Positions 1 through 7,951 of a stretch of 46,327 nucleotides of DNA are shown here, one piece after another; the first letter of the stretch is position 1, and the number at the start of each line of letters is the position of its first letter. The notes below the pieces were generated by a model. The model searched no databases. It saw only the letters and a program-made list of their open reading frames with translations, and was not told the DNA's origin. Position numbers and translations under genes: made by a program. The DNA comes from a virus, in the IMG/VR virus record IMGVR_UViG_3300020152_000031, positions 1 to 46,327 of that record; one strand, written 5' to 3'.

Positions 1-127
1 CCCACGTTCATAGGCTCAATGTGGGTACGAAGTGTCTGACCCATCCACTGACGGCTATCTTCACCGAACGCCTCTATGAGCGCGTTGATGGTTGGCTTGT
101 TGATGCGCACGTTGAGAGGCTCCGCAA
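1..127. repeat. Terminal direct repeat, copy A. It is identical to 46201-46327, either a circular-assembly overlap or a short terminal redundancy. The unique length is 46200 bp.
   Basis: Both ends were compared base by base. cccacgttcataggctcaatgtgg...gttgagaggctccgcaa is present at both termini. Confidence 0.95.
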
Positions 128-281
128 ATCCCTCGAAACGGGCCTTTGCTACGTCCTGCTCACCGAACTCGCCCTGCATCGGCTGGCACTCCGACACGAG
201 ACGCAAACGCGTACCTGTAGGAATATCTGATGCTTTCGCCCACGCCCCGCTAGTGCCCGATGACTTTTTGTATAGAGCCAT
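1..281 (-). CDS. 5' portion of the SSB-like gene, split by the window boundary. The ATG is at 281-279 and the ORF continues at 46200 down to 45954, giving a reconstructed 175 aa.
   Basis: I translated the reverse strand 281->111 by hand: MALYKKSSGTSGAWAKASDIPTGTRLRLVSECQPMQGEFGEQDVAKARFEGFAEPLN. It is in frame, with no stop, with the listed ORF 45954..46310 through the 127-bp repeat. Confidence 0.6.
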   Translation of the reverse strand, partial: MALYKKSSGTSGAWAKASDIPTGTRLRLVSECQPMQGEFGEQDVAKARFEGFAEPLNVRINKPTINALIEAFGEDSRQWMGQTLRTHIEPMNV

Positions 282-289
282 AATTGTCT

Positions 290-1150
290 TTAGTTAGTGA
301 GTAACTCCTTGAACTGCTCATTGAGCTTATGCAGCTTGAGAGCAGACTTGAAACCTTCCCGGTATCCTTCTACATCGTAGATGAACATGGGAGTGAAGGG
401 AACAGAACGGAAGGGGAAAACTACGTAGTAATCCACTGGTGCCGGGAGCTCGAAGACCTTATTGCCTTGAGTATCGAACCCGCCGTTCTCTGAGAGCTGC
501 AAGTCGTAACCGGCTATCTGGATGAACTGGTCGAAGTACGCTTGGTCAGAGCTCTTGTGGTCACCTGCGACCACACGCCCCTGCATATCCTCGTACCCAA
601 TATCAGCGATACCGCCGGTCCAGAGAGTGGTCGAATAACAGTTGACCTCGCACCACAGGAACTTGCGCACGTTTGTGAGCGACCACGTGATGAACGATTC
701 CACCTCTGGTGCGAAGAACCCTGGAAGCCAATGGTCAACTGCCTTAGGTGCTCCGCCCTCAGCGATACACGCCTTCACGTAATCCTCGAGCTTCGCGTGT
801 CGCTCTGTTCCCTCGTCTGCCTTCTTACGCTTGATGGTGTCGTGCGCTTTGTACGCCGCATCGAGCATTGTTTGGTATGCCTCGATAGACATATTGCGCA
901 GCTCCTCGAGCTTTGCGACCGCTGCTGCACGTCGCTCAATTTCCCGTTGCGCGCACTCCTCAGGAGAGAACTTACGCGTGTCGAGCTTCTTGAGCCATCC
1001 GAACGTACCGGCTGCACAGCCCGCCGCCCACCAGATGAGGCCGCCCTTGTCGCCACCTGCCATCTTCGCGACGGTCGAGGTGCCGAACAAGGGTTTCCCA
1101 TCGAATGAGTGGAGATGCTGCCGCCGCTCGTCTGTGTAAAGGTATCCCAT
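290..1150 (-). CDS. PD-(D/E)XK (RecB/Cas4-like) nuclease, probably a recombination exonuclease
   Basis: 286-aa ORF with the ordered motifs GGIADIGYED (motif II Asp), VAGDHKSS (D-x-K) and QFIQIAGY (QxxxY). Confidence 0.6.
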   Translation of the reverse strand: MGYLYTDERRQHLHSFDGKPLFGTSTVAKMAGGDKGGLIWWAAGCAAGTFGWLKKLDTRKFSPEECAQREIERRAAAVAKLEELRNMSIEAYQTMLDAAYKAHDTIKRKKADEGTERHAKLEDYVKACIAEGGAPKAVDHWLPGFFAPEVESFITWSLTNVRKFLWCEVNCYSTTLWTGGIADIGYEDMQGRVVAGDHKSSDQAYFDQFIQIAGYDLQLSENGGFDTQGNKVFELPAPVDYYVVFPFRSVPFTPMFIYDVEGYREGFKSALKLHKLNEQFKELLTN

Positions 1151-1159
1151 TGTGTTTTG

Positions 1160-1360
1160 TTAGCCGCTAATTTTCTCCCAGAACCTGTACAAGTCATTCT
1201 CGAATACTGAGTGTTGTTTGCCACTGCACCCGTTCGAGAGTTTTTTGTACGACCAATGCCCCTTACCGTTTCGTCCTGTCAGTTCTACGACAAGGCCAGT
1301 GTCCTTTTTCTTCCAGAGCTGGCCTCGTCTTATTTTGGGACGTACAGCAGGTAGTTGCAT
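1160..1360 (-). CDS. hypothetical small basic protein
   Basis: 66-aa ORF, tightly packed in the minus-strand operon. Confidence 0.5.
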   Translation of the reverse strand: MQLPAVRPKIRRGQLWKKKDTGLVVELTGRNGKGHWSYKKLSNGCSGKQHSVFENDLYRFWEKISG

Positions 1361-1363
1361 GGT

Positions 1364-1516
1364 CTATTTACCGAGCACCCAGAGCACAAGGGCAACGACT
1401 ACGAGCATAAAGCCCACAATACCGATGCCGAACCAGAACCCCGATGCTCCGCCAATGCCGGTGAACCCAGCGACCAGCAAGAGACATGCGAGTACGAACA
1501 GATGCTTTGTTTTCAT
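1364..1516 (-). CDS. small membrane protein, 50 aa, below the ORF-track cutoff
   Basis: Hand translation gives MKTKHLFVLACLLLVAGFTGIGGASGFWFGIGIVGFMLVVVALVLWVLGK. It fills the gap between two neighbours with 2-3 nt spacing. Confidence 0.5.
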   Translation of the reverse strand: MKTKHLFVLACLLLVAGFTGIGGASGFWFGIGIVGFMLVVVALVLWVLGK

Positions 1517-1518
1517 AA

Positions 1519-1755
1519 CTACTCTGTTACCTTACGCGCACCTGCTAATTTCTCGAACTGGCCCGCGTACTCCTCAATGGGAATCAGGTTTGCCTTGATG
1601 CCCATAAGAAGCGAACGGACCTCGGACGCCTCACGCGGGTTGAGCATGAGCTCTTCCCCTTCCCAGGCTTCTTTGAAGCCCTCGCCCGCCTGTTGCAATT
1701 GCATCAGGGCGGTCCGCAAGTGTCCCATCAACTCGTTCTTGGTGAAATCAGTCAT
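1519..1755 (-). CDS. hypothetical protein
   Basis: The ORF was trimmed to the first ATG (MTDFTKNEL...). It overlaps the stop of the upstream gene by 8 nt. Confidence 0.55.
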   Translation of the reverse strand: MTDFTKNELMGHLRTALMQLQQAGEGFKEAWEGEELMLNPREASEVRSLLMGIKANLIPIEEYAGQFEKLAGARKVTE

Positions 1756-2206
1756 ACCGTTCAAACTTTTTATCTAGTTCTGGATAAGTGAAGTGGAAGA
1801 ATACACGCATAGCATGGTCTCGCATCTCCTCTGCACCCTTCGTGTAAGCTCGCCATGCAATCTGCACTTCCTCATCTGACGCCTTCTCTCTGCCGTAGCT
1901 TCGATAATCTTTTACGAACTTCTCCTCGGCAAGAGAATTGGTCATATCTGCGTGCCTTCTGCGCAAGGTATTTAGAATCTCTGCAACTTGGTGTTCGAAG
2001 TCCCACTGCTCGTACCACGCGCTCTCTGCCTGGTCGATACGGTTTATGATGGCTGCGTTCATACCCTCGTGCTTGCCACTGAAAGCGGCAGCGAACTCAC
2101 GAAGAGCGGAATAGAGCCTGCGCGGCTTATTGTCGAGCTCATCAAGCATCACCACTACGTGCTCGATTGCGTCCTTCTGTTTTTTTGTGTAGCGCCTGTT
2201 TTTCAT
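1748..2206 (-). CDS. hypothetical protein
   Basis: 152-aa ORF with no recognisable motif. Confidence 0.6.
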   Translation of the reverse strand: MKNRRYTKKQKDAIEHVVVMLDELDNKPRRLYSALREFAAAFSGKHEGMNAAIINRIDQAESAWYEQWDFEHQVAEILNTLRRRHADMTNSLAEEKFVKDYRSYGREKASDEEVQIAWRAYTKGAEEMRDHAMRVFFHFTYPELDKKFERYD

Positions 2207-2216
2207 ATCGTGTTAG

Positions 2217-2624
2217 TTACTTATACCTACCGCACACCTTTGCTAAGTCCCCGTTTCCCAAACCCTCTGGATGGTCCGCCACAGCTTGCTTACAAAAGTC
2301 CGCAAGTGCGAGCTTCGCTCCGTTGACCTGGACCTCGGTATAGACCCGTCCGTCCCTGTCGACATAAGCACCATGCTGTTGGTCACAAGGTAGTGAAGGT
2401 TCTGCGCCGTCATTCCCTCTTGTGTCAGTCTCCGTGTTCGGTACATCTGCACAGGTGCCACCGGCTCGTACAATGGCTGCCAAACCGATGGCTGCCCAGC
2501 CAAGAACCAATAGGATTCCGAGGATGGTGAGGCGGGCTCGGAGCTCACGGGCTGCCTGTTGCCGGGCCCGGTACGTAACCGAGTGGAGGTGCTGGCGTTC
2601 TCGTTGTGTCGGTCCATAGGTCAT
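2217..2624 (-). CDS. membrane-anchored hypothetical protein
   Basis: The listed ORF 2217..2780 was trimmed to the internal ATG (MTYGPTQ...), which forms an ATGA overlap with the stop of 2621..2968. A TM segment LTILGILLVLGWAAIGLAAIV is present. Confidence 0.5.
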   Translation of the reverse strand: MTYGPTQRERQHLHSVTYRARQQAARELRARLTILGILLVLGWAAIGLAAIVRAGGTCADVPNTETDTRGNDGAEPSLPCDQQHGAYVDRDGRVYTEVQVNGAKLALADFCKQAVADHPEGLGNGDLAKVCGRYK

Positions 2625-2968
2625 ACGATAGTTGCTAAATACTCCTCGACGCTCTTCCCTTCGGCCAGGGCGCCTATCAGGCCATGCATGTAGAGCAACC
2701 ACGTAGGCATGTATGAGCCGGTATCTTCCGGGTCTGGATTTTCGTCCGGCCAGAACTCCACCTTCCCCACGGCCTGCCATGCGGCGGGGTCGAGGAGTAT
2801 TGAAGCGACAGACACAGAGTGGACTGAAGCACCAACAGTACGGAGGTTGCTGAAACGAGCGAGCGGCTCTTCTGTCCTATCCACAAGCCCTAAGAACTCC
2901 CAATGGCCCTTCTTCCATCCGCCTTCCAATGCCCTCTCGATAAAGCGTTGTGTTGCGGAAAGCCTCAT
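2621..2968 (-). CDS. hypothetical protein
   Basis: 115-aa ORF with ATGA overlaps on both sides. Confidence 0.55.
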   Translation of the reverse strand: MRLSATQRFIERALEGGWKKGHWEFLGLVDRTEEPLARFSNLRTVGASVHSVSVASILLDPAAWQAVGKVEFWPDENPDPEDTGSYMPTWLLYMHGLIGALAEGKSVEEYLATIV

Positions 2969-3288
2969 ATACCGTCGACTGCTACACCTCGTAATCCGTT
3001 CTCATCGAACCGTGTCACCTGCACAGTCATCTCGTGCGCGTATCCTTCGCACTTCACGGTCCAATAGATTGGTTCGCCGTTCCATCCGAGTGTCATCATC
3101 TCGTATTCTCCCTCGTCGTTGCACTCTTCGCACTGAGCGCCTTCAACCACGCGAAGGGTTCGCATATCGACGATGACGTTGCCGAGTTCAACTTCAACGT
3201 CTCCGGTTGCTTCTACAGGAATACCCTCGGTCTCTTGGGGCTCTCCGTAGTCTTCTGGGGTGCGGTCTGGGTCGTAGTTCATAATCAT
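2965..3288 (-). CDS. hypothetical acidic protein, first gene of a minus-strand operon
   Basis: 107-aa ORF preceded by the conserved leader ...aaacaaacacaATG. Confidence 0.6.
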   Translation of the reverse strand: MIMNYDPDRTPEDYGEPQETEGIPVEATGDVEVELGNVIVDMRTLRVVEGAQCEECNDEGEYEMMTLGWNGEPIYWTVKCEGYAHEMTVQVTRFDENGLRGVAVDGI

Positions 3289-3346
3289 TGTGTTTGTTTA
3301 CTTGTATACCTAGTATACCATACTCACCCCCAGTCAACAACCAGCC

Positions 3347-3355
3347 TGTGGATAA
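3347..3355 (-). promoter_or_regulatory. DnaA-box-identical 9-mer (TTATCCACA on the minus strand) in the divergent region 3289-3392
   Basis: The exact string ctgtggataac is present. It lies upstream of, and co-oriented with, 2965..3288. A TTGACT hexamer lies 9 nt downstream of it on the minus strand. Confidence 0.6.
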
Positions 3356-3392
3356 CGGAAATGGCCCAACTAAGCCGTGATATATTTGCTTT

Positions 3393-3797
3393 ATGCAAAA
3401 GCTCGTTGTCTTCAAAGTGAAATGTCAGTACTGCCCAGAGATGGTAGAGCGAGCTCGTACCGACCGACCCGCAACCTGCTTCGGGTGTAAGACACAGCAC
3501 AAGCGGGAGCGCGACGAAAAGCGGAAGGCCGACCGCAAACGGCTTGCGGCAAAACGTCCGATGCCTAAGCTCCCGGCCGAACTACCTCCACGACCTGACC
3601 CTGTCGCGCTAAGGAAGCGCCGCGAGGAGCAAATCATCGCGTACCTCATTGACGGCAAGACCTACACTGAAATCAGCCGCCTGCTCAACCCGCGCATCAA
3701 CTCCAGCTACGTCTCAAAACTGGTCCAGGACATCGAGAAACGAGAAAACATCAAGCTCCCGCGTAACACCGCACGGCGCAATAACTACTACCAGTAG
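3393..3797 (+). CDS. Zn-ribbon plus C-terminal HTH DNA-binding protein (LuxR / sigma region-4-like), a candidate transcription regulator
   Basis: CQYC...CFGC near the N-terminus, a basic linker, and then IIAYLIDGKTYTEISRLLNPRINSSYVSKLV. TATATT-N6-ATG lies immediately upstream, giving a leaderless layout. Confidence 0.55.
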   Translation: MQKLVVFKVKCQYCPEMVERARTDRPATCFGCKTQHKRERDEKRKADRKRLAAKRPMPKLPAELPPRPDPVALRKRREEQIIAYLIDGKTYTEISRLLNPRINSSYVSKLVQDIEKRENIKLPRNTARRNNYYQ

Positions 3798-3798
3798 G

Positions 3799-3807
3799 TT
3801 ATCCACA
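3799..3807 (+). promoter_or_regulatory. DnaA-box-identical 9-mer TTATCCACA, 1 nt after the stop of 3393..3797 and overlapping the -35 position of the 3842 promoter
   Basis: The sequence reads tagGTTATCCACAGGggg. TAGAGT lies at 3830-3835, followed by 6 nt and then the ATG at 3842. Confidence 0.6.
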
Positions 3808-3841
3808 GGGGGTTCGAGCGACCAGGTGCTAGAGTGAAAAA

Positions 3842-4156
3842 ATGAGCACACGTGTCGAAGGTCCAGTCTCAATTGGAAGCCTCTTTGCAGGCTACACGTT
3901 GCCGCAGCCAACAGAGAAAAAGCGTACTAGCGAACGAACAGAGCTAGTGCGCTATTTCTTTGAGCATGCAGCACGTGACTGGGCCGGACGACGCCCGCTC
4001 TCTCCCGGGTTCATCGGGATGAAGCTCTCGCACTTGTCTGTAACGGACCTGTACGCGTTCAAGAGCATGTGCGAGGACCGCGTGCGCTCGGGCTACTCCT
4101 GGAGCAAGTACTTCTGGGGAAGCCTGAAGGAGCACGAGTGGGACCAGAAGTTCTGA
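3842..4156 (+). CDS. hypothetical protein
   Basis: 104-aa ORF with a leaderless-type promoter (TAGAGT-N6-ATG). Confidence 0.55.
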   Translation: MSTRVEGPVSIGSLFAGYTLPQPTEKKRTSERTELVRYFFEHAARDWAGRRPLSPGFIGMKLSHLSVTDLYAFKSMCEDRVRSGYSWSKYFWGSLKEHEWDQKF

Positions 4157-4493
4157 AGGACGGGTAGATAACTCCGCGTTTGCGGATGAGTGAGGGAATA
4201 TCTAATACCTCGCGCCCGTCCTCCAGCACTGCTGGACGCTGTAGGGGGCTAAGTCCTGTGAACAGCGCAAAAAAGTCACGGGAGCTGTCGTCGTCTGTCT
4301 ATCATCAGACCAAAACTCAGCGGGAGCGCGACAGTATGCAACTCTTTCTCTCTGTGTGGGGGGAAAGGGGGGCATACTCAAAATCTAGCAAGAGCACGTG
4401 TTATATAAAGCTCTTTGAAAGTAAAAAAGAGAATAGGGGATAACAAAACCGTTCATAGAGAACGTGATGCTAAAGTGAAGATATGTAGCACGT

Positions 4494-4883
4494 ATGCACA
4501 CCTCTTCTCTTCCTAAGCGGATAGTGAAACTCATTCGTCAGACTGGAGCTGCCATGGTGTGTGTCTATTGCGAGGAGCAGCTCAACGATAAAAATGTTTC
4601 CCGCGACCATCTCATTCCGCAGTGTCGAGGGGGAAACCGTATCAAGCAAAAGCTCAACGTCGTCCTTGCATGTCGCAAATGTAACAGCATCAAGGGTAAC
4701 CTCGTTTCTGTGCGCGAGCTTGCCCATGTTCGAGCGCACTACGGATTCCAGAGGAAGAAGTACGCAGAACGCCGCCGCATGATTCTCGAGCGAGCAGAAC
4801 AGCTCATACACGAGCGCGGCCTCGACGTTTACATCACGCCCATTTACACACCTACCGGCCAACTCTCCCTTTCCCTTGCATGA
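4494..4883 (+). CDS. HNH endonuclease
   Basis: CVYCEEQL...VSRDHLIPQCRGGN...VLACRKCNSIKGN shows the HNH beta-beta-alpha-metal Cys/His/Asn pattern. Confidence 0.8.
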   Translation: MHTSSLPKRIVKLIRQTGAAMVCVYCEEQLNDKNVSRDHLIPQCRGGNRIKQKLNVVLACRKCNSIKGNLVSVRELAHVRAHYGFQRKKYAERRRMILERAEQLIHERGLDVYITPIYTPTGQLSLSLA

Positions 4884-5272
4884 AGCACATCATTGAGTTC
4901 AGCACTATGCCGCTTGGCACGAACAACTTATACGCTCACCGTGGAAGGCATCGCTTCCTCACCTCCAAGGCCAAGGACAACAAGCACGCGCTGGCTATGG
5001 AAGCTCGCTCGCAGTATCGAGGCGCACCCATGGAAGGCCCCTTGAGCGTCAAAATTGACCTGTGGTGGCCGACACGTGCCAACCACGACGTGGATAACAT
5101 CAAGGTCCTCCTCGACGCGCTCACGGGCATTTTATGGCTCGACGACGGACAGATAGTGGAGCTCGGTACCCGCAAGGGATACGAGAAAGGGAAGGCCCGG
5201 GTAATCCTTACGGTTGAGCCTGGGCTACCTCTTGAGGAGCGTGCTATCGAGGAGCGTCTTCAGCTTCGATAA
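4880..5272 (+). CDS. rusA: RusA-family Holliday junction resolvase
   Basis: GTNNLY...SKAKDNK...DLWWPTRANHDVDNIKVLLDALTGILWLDDGQI matches the RusA pattern. It has an ATGA overlap with the HNH gene. Confidence 0.75.
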   Translation: MKHIIEFSTMPLGTNNLYAHRGRHRFLTSKAKDNKHALAMEARSQYRGAPMEGPLSVKIDLWWPTRANHDVDNIKVLLDALTGILWLDDGQIVELGTRKGYEKGKARVILTVEPGLPLEERAIEERLQLR

Positions 5273-5678
5273 CATCGACGAACACGCGCGGGTAGACTTC
5301 CCGGTCCTGAGCGTCTTCTAGGGAGCCGCCGTAGTACCCGTTGCTGTTATTGCGGAACGCAAGCACAGCGGTCATCTCACCCCACTGCGGGTCCTCGACC
5401 ACAAACTTGATGCCGTAGTACGCGACAACGTCCTCGTAGTCCATAGGCTTCTTGAAGTGCGAGCCGTCAAGGTTTATCTCGTGTACTTCGAGCACGCGGT
5501 TCAACAGGAGCTTCTGCACGCCGATGAAGTCGTATAGCTCGGTGCTCGAGCAGCAGTCACCGTATGCCTCGAAGGTGTAGCTGCCTCGGTCAGTGACAAA
5601 GCGAATGTATCGCTTGTTCATGTACACCTCGAGGACGGTCGTACCTACGAGCTTCTGGATTCCTCGGACGGCCCTCAT
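5244..5678 (-). CDS. hypothetical protein
   Basis: Trimmed to the ATG (MRAVRGIQ...), which forms an ATGA overlap with the upstream gene. It is convergent with rusA and overlaps it by 29 nt. Confidence 0.55.
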   Translation of the reverse strand: MRAVRGIQKLVGTTVLEVYMNKRYIRFVTDRGSYTFEAYGDCCSSTELYDFIGVQKLLLNRVLEVHEINLDGSHFKKPMDYEDVVAYYGIKFVVEDPQWGEMTAVLAFRNNSNGYYGGSLEDAQDREVYPRVFVDVIEAEDAPR

Positions 5679-5869
5679 GCTGCATCTTCGTTTATGGTAA
5701 CGGTCTCTACCCATGCCTTGCCCGACCCAGCAACCGGCTCGATGAGCCAGCGGTCCTTGCCGTAGGAGTTCTTGAAATCAACGATGGTTACGTCGATGGT
5801 AAGCGGACCATTCTGGATGGTGCCCCTCTTGCCAATGTTCTGCATCGCTTCTGTTAGTGTCATCTTCAT
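5675..5869 (-). CDS. hypothetical small protein
   Basis: Trimmed to MKMTLTEAMQ..., downstream of the stop of 5887..6183. Confidence 0.5.
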   Translation of the reverse strand: MKMTLTEAMQNIGKRGTIQNGPLTIDVTIVDFKNSYGKDRWLIEPVAGSGKAWVETVTINEDAA

Positions 5870-5886
5870 AATTGAAAGGTTAGGGG

Positions 5887-6183
5887 CTAAACGAGGGTCC
5901 AGGAGCCATCCCACGGACGACCATTGAGGAACCACTCGAAGTTACGCTGCGCTACTGAGACACCCGGGATACCGTTCAAGCGCTCCTTGGTGGTGTTGCT
6001 TGACCAGCCGCCGTTGCTCACACGAAGTCCGTTGCTGTCCCGGCGCGCAATAGCGTTTCCGTGAAGGAACAAGGTCACCGCTCCCGTATCTTCGCTCACC
6101 AACACCTCGGTGTTGCTGCTGCGGAAGTCGTACCCTCCCATAAACGCTGCTACTGCTTCTCGTGTGATTTTTCTCATAGGCAT
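5887..6183 (-). CDS. hypothetical protein
   Basis: 98-aa ORF, the first gene behind the promoter at 6212-6266. Confidence 0.6.
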   Translation of the reverse strand: MPMRKITREAVAAFMGGYDFRSSNTEVLVSEDTGAVTLFLHGNAIARRDSNGLRVSNGGWSSNTTKERLNGIPGVSVAQRNFEWFLNGRPWDGSWTLV

Positions 6184-6211
6184 TGTGTTTAGTTACTTGT
6201 CTTACTCTTAT

Positions 6212-6266
6212 ACTATACACTATGGCTATAGTTGATGCAATAGCTATAGGTACAGGGTGTGGATAA
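6212..6266 (-). promoter_or_regulatory. Early promoter: box TTATCCACA (6258-6266), N17, TTGCAT (6235-6240), N17, TATAGT (6212-6217)
   Basis: The hexamers and spacings were counted directly. The block atagtgTATAGTATAAGAGTA is repeated at 6900-6920. Confidence 0.6.
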
Positions 6267-6269
6267 CTC

Positions 6270-6878
6270 TTAGAGCTCCGCAATTCCCTTTAGAAGCGCG
6301 ATGATTCCACGCACTCGCTCCTCAGGAACATCCAGTCTGAAGCTCACCTGGTACGTTTCGTCGCTGTTTATGTCCAGGGTTATGTTCCGGCTCGAGTAGC
6401 GGTCACCAAACCCAAGCTCAGTACGCATCTCTGTAAGCCGTTCACGGCGTGCTCGTGAGCGCTCTGCTTCAGTCTGCCGGGTGGCACGCATCGCTATCAA
6501 CCGCTCTGCATGCTCACGTAGCGCGGCCAGCACTCGGTCCATGTCGATACGCTGGTTTGCTCGTGAGGAAATCCAGTCACCGCCGTATCCGATACGTACA
6601 CGAGTGAATATCTGTCGTGTGCTTCCTGCCCAACGGATGGTTGAGCTCACACTGAAGGCGCTCTCCATGCCGTTGCGCACTTCTTCAGGGAGACCGCTTG
6701 CGGCTATCGCGTCGCTCACCAAGCGACGCACGATGGTTCGATGAGCAGGACGCGTGAAGTCTCGGTACTCTTCAGGTGTAGGGTCGATGGTGGGGTTCGC
6801 CTCGTCAAGAGCCGCAACGGTCTCTTCGAGTTCCTCGCTTACTTCTTCACTTGCTTCTGGGGTTCTTGCTGGTCGCAT
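6270..6878 (-). CDS. hypothetical protein
   Basis: 202-aa ORF whose stop codon lies 3 nt from the box at 6258-6266. Confidence 0.6.
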   Translation of the reverse strand: MRPARTPEASEEVSEELEETVAALDEANPTIDPTPEEYRDFTRPAHRTIVRRLVSDAIAASGLPEEVRNGMESAFSVSSTIRWAGSTRQIFTRVRIGYGGDWISSRANQRIDMDRVLAALREHAERLIAMRATRQTEAERSRARRERLTEMRTELGFGDRYSSRNITLDINSDETYQVSFRLDVPEERVRGIIALLKGIAEL

Positions 6879-6907
6879 ATTGTGTTTGGCGTTACTGATA
6901 CTCTTAT

Positions 6908-6962
6908 ACTATACACTATCTACCTAACTATGACTATAGTGTTGTGCACAACCTGTGGATAA
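6908..6962 (-). promoter_or_regulatory. Early promoter: box TTATCCACA (6954-6962), N17, TAGTCA (6931-6936), N17, TATAGT (6908-6913)
   Basis: Counted directly. The box abuts the TAG stop at 6963-6965. Confidence 0.55.
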
Positions 6963-7076
6963 CTACGCATCCTCAAACTCAGGCAGGTCATCCTCTCGGA
7001 ACAGTTGCCAGGTCGTGAGGACTATTGCCCCTATCACGATGCCAAGCAGCACGAGGAGGTCGAGGGTACTAGGCAT
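6963..7076 (-). CDS. small membrane protein, 37 aa, below the ORF-track cutoff
   Basis: Hand translation gives MPSTLDLLVLLGIVIGAIVLTTWQLFREDDLPEFEDA. Its ATG overlaps the end of 7069..7566. Confidence 0.4.
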   Translation of the reverse strand: MPSTLDLLVLLGIVIGAIVLTTWQLFREDDLPEFEDA

Positions 7077-7566
7077 ACTCGTAGACGCTCTCGCCGTTAG
7101 AGAAGGTGCCAAGGCGGATGGCGCGCTTGCAGTGCTCGTGTAGCACGTTCTCGATACCCGCGCGCATGCGACTTCGTACCATCTCGAGCTCCGGTGTCTC
7201 TGGTACCGGCTCGTATGTGTTGTCGTACTCCGCTTCGTCGATGACGTAATCCACGTTCAGCCCCGAGTAGTAGCCGCTTCGCATGATGACCCGGCCTCGG
7301 ATGGTTATGTCATCCTCACTCAGAACGCCCGGCACGTTGTGCTTGGTGTACTCGAGCTTGAGGAAGACAAGGCCCGGGTAGTTGCGCTCGTCGTCGTATC
7401 CCTCGAACTCGTACACGTCGATGCTCTCGTCGTTTACGAACTCTTGCATAACATCAGTGACGATGGCCTCGCGCACCATCTCCGCGTCCATCTCTTCAAA
7501 GTGCTCCTCGTCTGAGCCTGGGACGATGAAGAGTTCGTTGCTGTACATAAAGTTTGAGGTTGACAT
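7069..7566 (-). CDS. strongly acidic hypothetical protein, first gene of the leftward early transcript
   Basis: 165-aa ORF that is visibly rich in D/E (SDEEHFEEMDAEM, EFEGYDDER, DEAEYDNTYEPVPETPELE). Confidence 0.6.
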   Translation of the reverse strand: MSTSNFMYSNELFIVPGSDEEHFEEMDAEMVREAIVTDVMQEFVNDESIDVYEFEGYDDERNYPGLVFLKLEYTKHNVPGVLSEDDITIRGRVIMRSGYYSGLNVDYVIDEAEYDNTYEPVPETPELEMVRSRMRAGIENVLHEHCKRAIRLGTFSNGESVYEYA

Positions 7567-7595
7567 AATTGTGTTTGGTTATCTCCTATACTCTT

Positions 7596-7654
7596 ATCCT
7601 ATCACTATAGGTATAACTATGCAAGTAGCTATGGGGATAAGTACCTGTGGATAA
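7596..7654 (-). promoter_or_regulatory. Early promoter: box TTATCCACA (7646-7654), N21, TTGCAT (7619-7624), N17, TAGGAT (7596-7601). A second, 1-mismatch box (tggggataa) lies at 7632-7640.
   Basis: Counted directly. It sits in the divergent region between the minus early block and the plus block. Confidence 0.6.
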
Positions 7655-7711
7655 CCAAATCCAGTAAGTACGCTATACTGTATAGGTAACAGGGTAACCA
7701 TTTCAGCAGTT

Positions 7712-7861
7712 ATGCTCACCACTATCCTCATCGTCTTGCTCGTCCTCTGGGCCCTTGGCTTCGTTGGCGGCGCGACATTCGGCGGTTTGCTGCACTTGCT
7801 CCTCGTTGTGGCGGTCATCATCGTGCTCGTCCGTCTCATCCAGGGCAGGTCGCCGTTCTAG
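7712..7861 (+). CDS. small membrane protein resembling the lmo0937 family, 49 aa, below the ORF-track cutoff
   Basis: Hand translation gives MLTTILIVLLVLWALGFVGGATFGGLLHLLLVVAVIIVLVRLIQGRSPF. The pattern LLVLW.LGF..G...GGL.HLLLV.A....L.RLI.GR is typical of that family. Confidence 0.6.
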   Translation: MLTTILIVLLVLWALGFVGGATFGGLLHLLLVVAVIIVLVRLIQGRSPF

Positions 7862-7951
7862 GCATGGACCGCACGGACTTCGTTCGTCGTTGTCTGTACG
7901 CTCTTGCCCTCGCAACTTTCATGTACTTACTCATAAACCCGACCATAGCTC

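Noticed and set aside
1-127. Treating the 127-bp terminal identity as a biological direct terminal repeat or as a mobile-element boundary.
   Set aside because: It lies inside a coding sequence and restores an intact ORF on circularisation. That fits an assembly overlap of a circular or circularly permuted genome. The sequence alone cannot exclude true terminal redundancy.
2625-2780. N-terminal extension of ORF 2217..2780, and similarly 17752..18084, 42922..42999, 5679..5714, 5870..5935 and 40507..40519.
   Set aside because: The extensions overlap the preceding gene in another frame. Internal ATGs give ATGA or 2-12 nt stop-start junctions, or the conserved aaacacaatATG leader, as elsewhere in the operons.
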